Of a DNA stretch of 64,000 bases, positions 10,990 through 23,432 are shown piece after piece. The position numbers and the translations under genes were made by a program. The DNA comes from Antedon mediterranea. Lineage: Eukaryota > Animalia > Echinodermata. The stretch covers positions 21,531,365-21,595,364 of the forward strand of contig NC_092678.1 in NCBI RefSeq assembly GCF_964355755.1. Reading direction: 5' to 3'. Position 1 is the stretch's first letter. The number at the start of each line of letters is the position of its first letter. A model generated the notes under the pieces. That model ran no database searches, was not told the DNA's origin, and saw only the letters and a list, made by a program, of their open reading frames with translations.

Positions 10990-13900
10990 TTATAAAATGG
11001 GAGATGAATTATTTATTTTCTTTTTATTCATTATTTTTAATATTAACATGAGAAATACAGCAAATAGAAGACAAGCGCTGGTCATATAAAATGGATTGTT
11101 GTAGTTCTGGGTCAAATCGTAAATCCAACCTAAAACAAAAATAAAATAATGAATGAATTATTTGGTGATAAAGATTTGTAACGCGCACATCTATTGTTGG
11201 TTTCCATGAGACGCAAGAAAGTAGACGCAACGCAAGAGCAAGTTGACCATTCACAACCGACAGTTCGATTAATCCATCACCTGTGATTGGTCAAATCACT
11301 TGCGTTGCCCTTACGTCTATCTCTAGTGGGAACCGAGCATTAAGGCATGCACTGTATTTGTTTTTATTGGTTAGTTAGTGTGAACGCATCTATTCTTCGA
11401 CAACACTCAGCACTAACTATACCCATTTTTCATGGTTTTGTTTTTCTCCGACTTAGGCCTACGGACCGGAAACCTGCCTCGGTGTGATTGTTATTTTATT
11501 ATTGTTAAAATGTCCAGGTGTTTTTAAAATTGTTCCATTGTAGTTTACAATGTCTTAGTCAGCGGAAATGACCGGACGATCTGTTGTAGGTTCTCAATCA
11601 TCTTTTTTTTATTTTCCAACATACATCTTGTGTCTTCATCAACAATGGGCAACTTGCCGAATATCATTGACTCACCTGCCAACCCTGTATTATCCAACAG
11701 TAAATTATTTTAGACGTGTCCGAAAATTAAATTATCGGTATTATTGCCGTATATGCTGTACCAGATATACTGCGGGGATCCAGTCGAGTCTCCATAATGC
11801 AAAAATCGGCCTATTTAAAGTCGCGTGACCTTTTCAAAGTCGCCCCCTTTCAAGTCGCCCCCTTCTTCGACACTGAGTTGCCCCGTTTATAGGTCGTCCA
11901 TTCCCAAAAGTCGCCCCTTTTCAAGTCGCCCCTTCTTCGACATTGATTCGCCCTATTTATAGGTCGTCCATTCACAAAGTCGCCCCTTTTCAAGTTGCCC
12001 CTTCTTCGACGCTGAGTCGCCCCTTTTATAAGTCGTCCATTCATAAAGTCGCCCCTTCCTAAATCATTCGTTGCTGTATACTTATACTAACCTGTAAGTA
12101 AACTTGCTGTAAAGTCGGCAAAACCATAGGACAAAATCGTGAAACCAAAAGCGCTGTTGAATCTCTCGATACCAACTTTCTCCTTGACAATAACTGGACC
12201 AAGTGGCGCAAAAAAACCCATCGACAAACCAATACAAAACGACAAGATTTGACTCCAGAGATACGAAGATACGAACGTCAAAATTAACAATAATATTGCA
12301 GTTAGTACCAAGCTTGAAATAAACAAGTTAATCGCTGTTATATAATGTCTGTCCACAAGGAACCCGTGAGTGAGACGAGATACTATACCTCCGATGCCCA
12401 TCAAAGAGAGGAGGAAACTAGACTTTGCTGGTGTGAACCCTACCCATTCAAATCTTGCAACAATGTGTACAATAGTTCCCATGTAACCTACTGAAAAAAA
12501 GAACATGACTGCGAATATGATGACAAAATCCAGATTGCGGAATAGGCGTATTTCAAACACTGTACAAAAGGCGTCCGGAATCCGTGCCATATATGACAAT
12601 ATTCGTCGTAGGTCAGAGTTCATAGTTTCCTCTTGCGTATCATCTGTAGATATGTTAATTTCTGAAGTCTCGTCGTTTTGGTGCTCGGCTAATTCGTCGA
12701 AATCATGTAAAGTCTCATCAAACTGATTGCTATCGTCTTCTAAAGGATTCAATTCGTCTCTAGTGTTAGCTATTGAATATTTGACTTGATCATTCGTCTC
12801 GTTTCCATGGTCTACCTTATCCTTCTTTAGGCATACGTTCGTCGATTTTTCTAAGTCTGAATCTATAGCAGGATGAGGAGCAATAAGGGCGCCTGCCACA
12901 CAATTATGAAGGCACACAGCAGCGATTATTCTGTAGCATTGTCGCCATGTATAATACAACCTCAGAAATTCAAAAAACGGTGGAATGGCGAAAATTCCTG
13001 TAGACACGCCAGCGAAGACAATTCCATTTGCCAACACGTAATGTCTTCGAAAGTAGAACCCCATAATAACCGAGCAAGTTGTAAAGGCAAAACTGACCCC
13101 ACAGCCTATAACAAAAATATAAATATACAGTTTTTATATTATATGTACCTTGTATAATAATTCGTGACACCACAACCAGACAGTTACACGCGCATTCAAA
13201 TAGTAACGAAATATGTACGCTTTCCTTTCCTAACATTAATGAATGTACGTGCGCGTGTAAAAACCAATGAAATATTTATGTGCGTGTTCAAACACTGATG
13301 TACGCGCGCGTTCAAACACCAATGAAATATGTACGCGTGCGTTCTCTTGATTGAAATTGAAGGTTTCGGTACAGTGTTCGTTCTCCAAAATGTTGTAGTA
13401 CTATTATAGAAGTATATTACATATAATTTATAATTTTACCTGTTAATGCTGAAGTACAGAACATCTGAGAGTATGTTGCCGTAACAGAACTTAATACAAT
13501 CGAAAGTGCTACTAATGAACCACTGCTCATGAGTGTGACACGAAATCCAAACTTGTTACACACAAAGCTTGCCACAGGACCTTTAAAAGAATTATATTTA
13601 CGTTTCGGTCCTTTCTTCTATCTTATTTAATATTGAAGGCCTACAATTTAATTTATATTTCTAGGATATTGCGTGGCACTTAGAAATACTATTACTATTT
13701 TAAACGATTGACAGGGAACTCTTGGCCATTGATATATATAAAACGAATAATAAAAGAATTTGACAGTCTTTACTTTTCATGCTTTTATAAAAATCTGTTG
13801 TAATGCTGTAATGATCTGTGACGAAAATACAAAAGTTAATTTTTTTGAGAGACCATTCAACTATAACACAACTTAAAAAGACAACGGATAAGAAACACTG

Positions 13901-14395
13901 CCAATACCATAATTCTGTAAACGATAACTAATCCATTTACGGCTTGTAATTTTCTTTTTTGGGTAAAATAAATACTTAATACTGTCATGACTTCATGACG
14001 CAACGCAAACCACACCGCCATTAATTTGACCAATCAGGACGCGATGATCATTGCGAACTGCGTCTACGTCATCGTTGCGTCCAACGGTCCTACCGTGGGC
14101 ACCAAACTTTAGTGAACTAGTTATCTTGTTTTTATTTTCAACTACTAAATAAATTATTTGTATACCCAGAAACAATTTCGGTAATTAACTTACTCATAAA
14201 TGCAGTAAAGAAGAGAGAAATGCCAGTAATCATGCCAGCTTCCCGAGATCCAACGTCAAACTCTTGTTTGAAATCCTCCAGGAAAACGGTTAAACTCAAA
14301 GTAACACCTTGACCTAGTGCCATCCCCATAAATGCAGAAAAGAGCACAACCCATGACCAACCACGGTCTAACGCTAGATTTCTTCCACAACTCAT
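10990..14395 (-). CDS. SLC16/monocarboxylate transporter-like MFS protein, tandem copy A (about 498 aa)
   Basis: Exons 14395-14194, 13580-13440, 13105-12092 and 11129-10990 splice in frame. SLC16 features: N-terminal DRGWSWVV, GPVASFVCNKFGFR, GFYFRRHYVLANGIVFAGVSTG, an acidic central loop, and GWIYDLTQNY. Confidence 0.9.
11197..11339. mobile_element. Harbinger/Tourist-like MITE (same family as 2424-2561)
   Basis: The right end TAGTGGGAACCGAGCA|TTA is the near-exact reverse complement of the left end of the 2424 copy. Confidence 0.6.
11816..12058. repeat. 69-bp minisatellite built from GTCGCCCC subrepeats (about 3.3 units)
   Basis: The unit AAAGTCGCCCCTTTTCAAGTCGCCCCTTCTTCGAC...GTCGTCCATTC restarts at 11836, 11907, 11976 and 12045. 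Confidence 0.9.
13185..13345. repeat. Degenerate ~33-bp tandem repeat (AATGAAATATGTACGCGCGCGTTCAAACACC-like)
   Basis: About 5 imperfect copies in SLC16-A intron 2. Confidence 0.65.
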
Positions 14396-15349
14396 TCTCC
14401 TCTTATCCTCTGATATCTTTCTCCAGTGATCTACGCCTTCTCTTACCGTCTGCTCTCTCTACCAAAATGTCCAATTTCTCAGTCGTTTTTTGGTCTTATC
14501 ATTTTGAATAATATTAACAATTGTATATATGACATTACAAATTGCACCTGTACTGTACGTACTTTCTCAACCGATCAGGCCTCTTCAATATTAATAGTTT
14601 AATCTACCAGCAATGGATTAAACCATTCTAATATGGGGGCTTGTACTTTTTTTTGGCTGGATGATACTTTTATGTATACCGCTGGAGTGAAGTACTGAAA
14701 ATACCGAAACGTTTCAATTCGGGCAGATGAATAAATACAGTGTAAAGTAAAGGAATATATTTTTCTACTATCCATATTTTGCCACCATATTATCGTTTAC
14801 CAGTTAATTAAAAGCAGTAATATATTGAATAAAAGCACGAGGCCCGACGAGGAATCGTCGGTGAGTTGAATCCCGACGAGACGAGTCTTGATATAGCATC
14901 GGGCATATTTTTTAGTTCGTCTCGGGCCTCTTCGTACGGCGCTGCATGAGTTGGCCTTATGGAAGTTATGAGCTAAGTTTGTCACTCACTGTGTTGATCC
15001 GATTAAACTAGCAACATAGTGGTTCACTCTTCTCCGATTATATCCCAAAATAATTTTAAAACATGTACATTAACCATATATTTTTTTTTATTGAATTCTT
15101 TCTCCAATAAATCCATTCATTATATTTTCCTTACAAACATATTACATATGAGATCCTTCTTTTCTACGTCGTGCAGCTGTTAAGCACTAAGATATTAACA
15201 AAAATTATTATTGATAATTGGTAATCAACCCCATCTCCATCCCTTGGGCTCACCTTGTATCATGTCTGTTCACACAACTCGACTTATAAGAATTAGGGTG
15301 ACACTAGTTGATATACTGTTAAGAATTAGGCGACCCTCCCAACTTTCGG

Positions 15350-18220
15350 TTAGCTCGGACTGTTGGGAATTAGGTGACCCTCAGTTCTTTGATTGGTTCG
15401 CACTGTTGGAGAATTAGGCGACTCGCATTCTTTAGATAGCTCGGACTGTTGATCATCAGCACTATCGGTACCTATTTCATATAATGGCAAGCTGAGATTT
15501 TCTTTCTTTCTATTCATTATGATTAATATCAACATTAAGAGAGCACCAGACAAAAGACAAGTGCTAGTCATATAGAACGATTTGTTGTAGTCTTCTGTCA
15601 AATCGTATATCCAACCTGTAAAAAAAAAATATATACATGATTTAATAACTATTTCTATGGACAAGCTAACCTGAAGGAAATGATACAGGCATAGGCATGA
15701 TGTCTGGTATTGAACTTTTCAATAATCAATATACCTTTTGAAACGTAACACATGATGTACCACAGACTTTATTTCAATGAATACTTTTTTTATTTTTTAT
15801 ATATATTTTGAGTGATAAAACGTATACCAACCTACAGATAAGCTACCAGTAAAATCAGCAAGTCCATAAGATACAATCGTCAATCCAAACGCGCTGTTGA
15901 ATCGTTTGATCCCCACCAGATCCTTGATAATAACTGGAGCAAGCGGAGGTAATAACCCCAACGATATACCAATACAAAATGACAATATTTGGCTCCATAG
16001 ATACGAGGATACGAATGTTAGTAAAAATACGAACAATGCAGACATTACCAGGTTTATAAAGAAAAGGTTAATCGCTGTTATACAATGTCTGTCCACAAGG
16101 AACCCGTGAGTGAGACGAGATACTATACCTCCGATGCCCATCAAAGAGAGGAGGAAACTAGACTTTGCTGGTGTGAACCCGACCCATTCAAATCTTGCAA
16201 CAAAGTATACAATAGTTCCCATGTAACCTGCTGTATAGATGTAAATAATTGAGAATAAAATTATAAAATCCAATTTGAGAAACAGCCTAAGTTCAAAGAC
16301 TCTACAAAAAGCGTTAAGAAAATGTGCCTCATACGAAACTGTAGAATTTGTTTTAGTATTTCCTGGTGTAGGCCCTTCCATGTCTGGGTCTGAGCTTTTC
16401 TCATAAATCTGCTGATGCTGTATATCGACGTCATCTGATGCTTCAGGAAGTTCGTTATTTTGATCTTCTAAAGACATTGTTTCTTTATCTTCGTTAGTGT
16501 TAGCGACTGTATATTCAATTGAGTTTATTGTTTGGTTGTCACCGTCCGGTCCTGGCTGCTTTGTGTCTACTCGCCTCGGTTTCGTCAAATCCGAGTCTAC
16601 AGGAGGATGAGGAACAATAAGGGCCCCTGTCACAGAAATATGAAGACAGATAGCGGCGATTATTCTGTAGCATTGTCTCCAAGTATATTGAGAATTAAGA
16701 AATTCAAATAAAACGGGAAGAGCAAACATTCCTGTAGAAACTCCAGCGAACACAATTCCATTTGCCAACACGTAGTACCGCCTGAAGTAGAACCCCATAA
16801 TAACCGAGCATGTTGTATAGGCAAGACTGACTCCACAACCTATAAAGAAAACATGAACATTTGAAAACAAACCACGCCCATTCGGGTACGCGCTTTAAAA
16901 AAAAGACTTTGTGATGGAAGGTAGATTTTCACGGTAAAATACACTTATAACGCTTACAACGTCACATTTATAACAATGTATGTTGAAAGCATTGACAATG
17001 TAGAGTAGTATTGAAACGTCATGGGTCCAAACTAAGACGTCTTCTACAGTATACTTACTTGCTGAAAGTCTAAACTAACTCTTCTTCTACAGTATACTTA
17101 CTTGCTGTAAGTCTAAACTAATTCTTCTTCTACAGTATACTTACTTGCTTAAAAGCCAAACTAGTTCTTCTTCTACAGTATACTTACTTGCTTAAAAGCC
17201 AAACTAGTTCTTCTTCTACAGTATACTTACTTGCTTAAAAGCCAAACTAGTTCTTCTTCTACAGTATACTTACTTGTTGAACAGCCAAACTAATTCTTCT
17301 TCTACAGTATACTTACTTGCTTAAAAGCCAAACTAGTTCTTCTTCTACAGTATACTTACTTGCTGAAAGTCCAAACTAACTCTTCTTCTACAGTACTTAC
17401 TTGCTGAAAGTTCAAATTAATTCTTCTTCTACAGTATAGGCCTACTTATCATTAGTTGTATTTTTCGCCAAATTTACCTTTTAACGCGAACGTTGTTTAA
17501 ATTATTTTTAACACGTCTTTTGTCCCGAAACTCTTTCTATACGTCTGTAAACCAAGTCTAGCAAACTTTAGTACATCAACAAAGTTATGTTTGCAAGCGA
17601 TTACGTACCTGTTAATGCTGAAGAACATAAGATCTGAGGGTATGTTGTCGTAAAAGAACTCAGAATCATTGAAACTGTTATAATCAAACCACTGCTCGTG
17701 ATTGTGGCGCGAAAACCAAATATGTTGCAAACATAACTTGCTACAGGACCTTTGAAAAAAACAAACAAATTAACATTTTTTGTAGGCCTACTAACTTGCC
17801 CATGTTTTACCAATTCAATTACTGCAATACCCCGTTACACAGGGACTTGGTCACCTAACTTTACAGGCAGATGTACCGTATATATATATTTTTTCTTTTA
17901 CTGTATCAGCCTCACATGCTTCGAATTCATTAGTTAGATACTGTAGGCCTACTGTTTGACGCACCGTGGCTGTATTGATATGCATGAGTGAACAATGAGG
18001 AAGAAATATACATACTTATAAATGTAGTGAATAACAAGCTAATGCCAGCGATCATCCCAGCTCCTCGTGATCCAACGTCGAACTCTTCTTTCAAATCGTC
18101 CAGATATACCGTTAAGCTCAGAATAACTCCCAAACTCAGTGCCATACCGACAAACGCAGAGCAGAGAACAACCCATGACCAGCCATGGTCTAAGTTCGCT
18201 ACCCTTTTTCCAAAACTCAT
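15350..18220 (-). CDS. SLC16/monocarboxylate transporter-like MFS protein, tandem copy B (about 539 aa)
   Basis: Exons 18220-18016, 17749-17609, 16839-15832 and 15615-15350, with the same intron positions and phases as copy A. Motifs DHGWSWVV and GWIYDLTEDY. The exon 3 donor is a weaker GTTGGT. Confidence 0.9.
17040..17437. repeat. 43-44-bp minisatellite, about 9 copies
   Basis: Unit CTTCTACAGTATACTTACTTGCT(G/T)AAA(A)GCCAAACTAGTTCTT in SLC16-B intron 2. Confidence 0.95.
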
Positions 18221-18605
18221 ATTCACCTAATGATCCGGATTGCCCTTTCTGTTCTGTTTTATATGTAATACAAATTAAAAACTGTGATTTTTAAAAATGT
18301 TAACCCTATTCCACCTGCTCTAAGCATCATACAAGTTCACCCGTTGTACAACAACCGTATCGTGAATTAAAATCTCTCACAAAAATCATAATGACATATC
18401 GACCGACCCTTTGGTGACTTGTACTTTGTAATGTGTATTGCTGGATTGTTGAATGAACAATGAAATTTACACCGTCAGGCTCAAATGCACCTATTTTTTG
18501 CTTAATTCCTTTGTACAGTAACACCACCAATATAACCTGTTAGCAATTTTTGATAACCGCATGTATTGCTCTGTCTGTTCCATAATTTGACCTTCAACAG
18601 CATTG

Positions 18606-18800
18606 TGGACGCAACCATTCTAACATACGGATTCTGTTTATGCATTTAACAGTAATATAGCAATATGGACGCAGCCATTCTAACATACGGATATGGTTTT
18701 TTTACAGTAATATAGCAATATGGACGCAACCATTCTAACATACGACGGATATGTTTTTTACAGTAATATATGGACGCAACCATTCTAACATACGGACATA
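18606..18800. repeat. Four-copy tandem repeat with a conserved core TGGACGCAACCATTCTAACATACG
   Basis: Cores at 18606, 18666, 18721 and 18771, separated by related linkers of variable length. Confidence 0.9.
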
Positions 18801-19114
18801 TTTGTTTATTTAGTGTAATGTAAATATTTTCGTCTACGGTACCAGTAACCAGCAATTATGGATTCAACCATTGTCTACATGGGGATGTATACCTACTTTC
18901 AATACTGTATAGTAAATGAAAATATTAAATTCTAAAAATACAAATGTTCCACTTCAGAGAATTTGTATTTTGCATGTTACCTTTTGTAAGTTTTGATCTG
19001 GATTGTAACTTTCTATTTGTTATAATTTAAAAGATTACAATAATATAATACACACTCAATAGTGTAATAGCCACAATATTTTTTGTTTTTTTTTAAATTT
19101 TTTTTTTACCATAT

Positions 19115-19332
19115 TTAATGAGGGTAATCCATCCAGCTATTGCTGATCATTAGGGACCCTCAGAGGTTCACAAGACAAACATGCACAAGATGCTCTACAT
19201 AAACAAAGTCTTACTACAAGTCTTTGGGAGTGGAGTTTTAATTTAGTCCTTAGAAAAAATCCTGACATGTGACGGGACTTGAACCCAGGACCCTTGGAGT
19301 GGTAGCCAAGCATCATAACCACCAAGCCACAA
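19115..19332 (-). mobile_element. tRNA-derived SINE with LINE-like 3' stem-loop tail
   Basis: On the - strand: A box TGGCTTGGTGG and B box GGTTCAAGTCC (head 19332-19270). The tail GAGGGTCCC...CAGC..GCTG...ACCCTCA resembles 35723-35790 (+) and about 63795-63830 (-). Confidence 0.65.
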
Positions 19333-19374
19333 CCCTAACCCCTAACCCCTTACCCTGAACCCTAACCCCTAACC
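19331..19374. repeat. Short degenerate telomere-like (TAACCC/TAACCCC)n tract
   Basis: AACCCTAACCCCTAACCCCTTACCCTGAACCCTAACCCCTAACC abutting the SINE head. Confidence 0.7.
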
Positions 19375-19755
19375 ATATTCATAGTCCGTGTATAACGTTT
19401 AGAGAGCCAATTAAGCACATATCTACTAAATAATAACTAAGACTCGGGGGTATTTAGTCACTCATTATAGGCTATTTGAATAGGAAAAAGAGTGAGATTC
19501 ACTCTTCTCTGATTAAACCTGTAAATATCGTTGTCATCAAACCCATATCATCGACAAAGACTGAATAAAAACAACAACAAAAAACTAAATAAAACACCAA
19601 AAACAATAATACTGTATAACATTTTCATGTTTTTAGAAATTATTTATTGATAAACAGTAAACAAATCCAACCGTACCCATTGGGCGCCGCTGTCTCGACA
19701 TGTTCGCTGCACCCCTCTGGTGATTTTAACATCTTCACCTCGGGCTGTTTTTAAA

Positions 19756-22700
19756 CTACTCGCTGTCCTCGTTTTTTAGGGGTATGCTCACACCGTTGAC
19801 GAGTTTTAAGCTGCGATTCACTTTCTTTTTATTCATTATGATTAATACTAACATTAACAGGCCACCACACAGAAGACAAGCGCTGGTCAAATAAAACGAT
19901 TTGTTGTAGTCTTCTGTCAAATCATATATCCAACCTGTAAAAAATTGATAACAAATGTATAGAATATTTTTATATAATAATTGTACTGATCGCGAATTGT
20001 AACTTTTATGACAGGACATTCAAAGTCAAGACAATGAAAGGAAATAGTCAGTTCCAAAATACATCGACATGGAGAGCAGGTTTGAACTTTTCTCTCTTAC
20101 AAACCAGTCCGGTTGTTTCCATCAAATTTTGGACAGTAATAATTTTGTCAGATAAACATTAGTAAAGTAATATTTATGTGTGTGTGTGTTTTGTGTAAAT
20201 GTTTCGGGGTTCGGTTGTTTACTCCAACAACGCAGCCTATTTCCGAAGTATCATGGGAATATTTGGTAATACAATATCACACGGTGTTTCACATGTACCC
20301 AGTAGTAACTTAACCCTTGACCTAACTTTGATACAGGCACCACATGTGATGTAAAGGAGATTCTGTATTACCAAATACTCCTGATACCTCGGAAATAGAT
20401 AGTGGAGATACAGCACTGGGAATCGTCGAAATCTTCTCAACTTTACTTTATTTGAAACACATGGTATGACAAGCCTACGGTGCATTTTTGTGATGATTTG
20501 AGTGATAAAGGATACTAACCTACGAAAAAGCCACCAGTAAAATCAGCAAGTCCATAAGATACAATCGTCAATCCAAACGCGCTGTTGAATCGTTTGATCC
20601 CCACCAGATCCTTGATAATAACTGGAGCAAGCGGAGGGAACAACCCCATCCACATACCAATAAAAAATGACAGGATTTGGCTCCAAAGGTACGAGGATAC
20701 GAACGTCAGCGAAAACACAAACGCTGCTGCTAGTATCAAGTTTAAAAAGTATAAGTTAATCGCTGTTATATAATGTCTGTCCACAAGGAACCCGTGAGTG
20801 AGACGAGATACTATACCTCCGATGCCCATCAAAGAGAGGAGGAAACTAGACTTTGCTGGTGTGAACCCGACCCATTCAAATCTTGCAACAAAGTGTATAA
20901 TAGTTCCCATGTAACCTACTGATAAAACGTACATAGTTGTGAATAATATTATAAAATCTAGTTTGAGAAACAGCCGAAGTTCAAAGACTCTACAAAAGGC
21001 GTTAAGAAAATGTGCCGCGTACGAAAGTAGTCGTCGTATATAATTTGTTTTAGTATTTTCTGGTGTTTGCACTTCCACGTCTGGGTCTGTGCTTTCTTCA
21101 TGGATCTTCTGATGATGTATATCTACTTCAGGAAGTTCGTTATTTTGCTCTTCTAATGAAATTGTTTCTTTATCTTCGTTAGTGTTAGCAGCTGTATATT
21201 CAATTGAGTTTATCGTATGGTTGTCACCGTCCGGTCCTTGCGTTATTTCTCCTTTCTTTGGATTATTTTGGTCCGTGTCTATAGAAGGATGAGGAGCAAT
21301 AAGAGCACCTGCCACAGAAATATTGAGACACATAGCGGCGATTATTCTGTAGCATTGTCGCCAAGTATATTGAGAATTAAGATATTCAAATAAAATGGGA
21401 AGGGCGCACATTCCTGTAGAAACTCCAGCGAATACAATTCCATTTGCCAACACGTAGTACCGCCTGAAGTAGAACCCCATAATAACCGAGCATGTTGTAT
21501 AGGCAAAACTGACTCCAAAACCTATAAAGAAAAAAATCAAAGAACATTGAAAACAGGCCATTATTTCGGTTCTACAGCAGCTAAACAGAACAGCGATGTG
21601 TTTTGGGTCTTGTTATTTTTATCAACTCGCTTGCGTTGCGCTTACGCCCTTGTTGTTCCATGGTGGGAACCAATAAGACCCATACAGTGAAAATCCTTTG
21701 TATTTTTAGTCCCGTGCGTGCAACGCGACTCTACAGCTCACTATGTCGGTCGGTTGGTTGGTCGGTAATTACCTCAAATTTGAGCACGAAACTGCAGCCA
21801 TGATGTATATGGCCTTGTTCATCATAACATCGTCAAATTTCCCCCTTATGTCGTCATATTTCTCCCTAACGTAAATTATATTCTAAATTTGTCTGCTTCT
21901 CCCATACGTACCTGTTAATGCCGAAGAACAGAAAATCTGAGTGTATGTTGTCGTAAAAGAACTCAGAATCATTGAAACTGTTATAATCAAACCACTGCTC
22001 GTGATTGTGGCACGAAAACCAAATCTGTTGCAAACATAACTTGCTACAGGACCTTTAGAAAAAACAACAATATTATTGAAAGGACTCAGAAACTAAGTGA
22101 AGTACTTGGCAATGGAGAGAGAAGGAGGCTCACTTTGATATTTCGAACCATGTTAAAAGAATACAAGGGTGTGGTATTTAATATCTCATAGGGAAAAATA
22201 CAGGTAGTCAAATTTTAATTTTTAATTGGATACATAAAATAATACTAATTGTGGCACATGCAAGGGAAAGCAGACGTCATAAGTCAGAATTTTCAAAATT
22301 GAGATTTTCACAAATAATAAAACTACATAATACTAGATTTAAAAAAATCAGGCGTTTCAGTTTACGCCTTAGCAAAATGGTATTCTAACTGTTTTATTTC
22401 AATAAAACTTCGCACCTTCGTTAATTAATTGCAAAACTTTCATTAAAATCAACCCGCTGGAACACTTTCAATTAAGAATAAAACATTTTATGAAAATCAT
22501 ACATAATTTAAACCATCTTTTTAACCAACATACCACAAAAAATGTTAAAATTTATTTATTTATTTGTCTAAAAGAAAAACACCAAGCTATAAATACTGTT
22601 TTCTGTAAAAAATAAAATTAAAAAATAATTGTTCAGCCTTTTATTTTTGGCTGTTTCTACAAATGCGACTTATGTCCGATTTAACTTGCATGTGCCACAA

Positions 22701-23432
22701 TATTGGTAGATGTCATATTTTGCTCGGCTCATGGAGTAACCGGCTCAAAACTATACAAATGACATTACCATCTGCATCAACTTTCCCAATACCGGACACC
22801 GTTGGGCCATTATACCTCCATGGTTGGGCTGGCTTATGTCTGGTTTACTGTATTACATAACATCCCTCTCGAGTCACCTTCAACATCATAATTAAGTTAA
22901 AACAAATTGCTTAACCTCTAAACCGTGACTATATTGGACCCATGTTGGTTACGCTTAAGACCGTCACGTGACATGCAATAGTATGTTGTTACCCTCGTAA
23001 AATATTGTTGAAATAAATAATTAAGTTACAGAATTTGTTACTGGGCAAATTAGATACAGAGGCCTTCCGAGGATCGGTCACTGAATGGCCTATGCTGTCT
23101 CGTATTTCAGTTTGGTTTTTAGTGCTGAGAGCGGATATTACGATTGAAAGGGATGCATTGACCATGGAGGTAACCTCCATCCATGCATGAGTGACCTAGT
23201 AGCTCTCAAGAATATACATACTTATAAATGTAGCAAATAACAGGCTAACACCAGTAATCATCCCGGCTTCTCGTGATCCAACGTCAAACTCTTCTTTTAG
23301 ATCTTCCAGATAAACTGTTAAGCTCAGAATAACACCGTAACTCAATGCCATTGCGACAAATGAAGAACATAGCACGACCCATGACCACCAGCCACGGTCT
23401 AACATCGCCTTCTTTCTACAAATCATATTCAT
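19756..23432 (-). CDS. SLC16/monocarboxylate transporter-like MFS protein, tandem copy C (about 510 aa)
   Basis: Exons 23432-23222, 22052-21912, 21521-20520 and 19934-19756 splice in frame. Motifs DRGWWSWVV and GWIYDLTEDY. Closest to copy B. Confidence 0.9.
21703..21819 (+). mobile_element. Possible DINE-1/Helentron-associated (HINE)-like element
   Basis: TTTTTAGTC start, short inverted repeat (AGTCCCGT..ACGCGACT), internal GGTC/GGTT microsatellite, and a GGCCTTGTT end in a TT context. Confidence 0.45.
22248..22701. mobile_element. MITE-like element with 17-bp perfect TIRs
   Basis: ATTGTGGCACATGCAAG at the left and CTTGCATGTGCCACAAT (22685-22701) at the right, with an AT-rich interior. Target duplication is not clear. 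Confidence 0.65.
22963..22972. promoter_or_regulatory. Perfect CLEAR/E-box palindrome GTCACGTGAC
   Basis: Exact 10-bp match to the MiT/TFE CLEAR consensus (also bound by USF), in intron 1 of SLC16-C, 2.1 kb upstream of the MITF-like ATG. Confidence 0.5.

Noticed and set aside
17040-17437. Regular 43-44-bp array
   Set aside because: No unique spacers; a minisatellite.
18606-18800. CRISPR-like look: conserved ~25-bp core with variable linkers
   Set aside because: The linkers are homologous to each other, the context is eukaryotic and there are no cas genes; it is an ordinary tandem repeat.
19270-19332. Possible tRNA gene (tRNA-Sec would be attractive next to EEFSEC)
   Set aside because: It has A/B boxes but no proper acceptor stem, TCA anticodon or long variable arm, and it continues into a SINE-like body. 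The same applies to 5103 and 42252.
19331-19374. Interstitial telomere or chromosome fusion scar
   Set aside because: Only about 7 degenerate units, mostly 7-mers; too short to support that.
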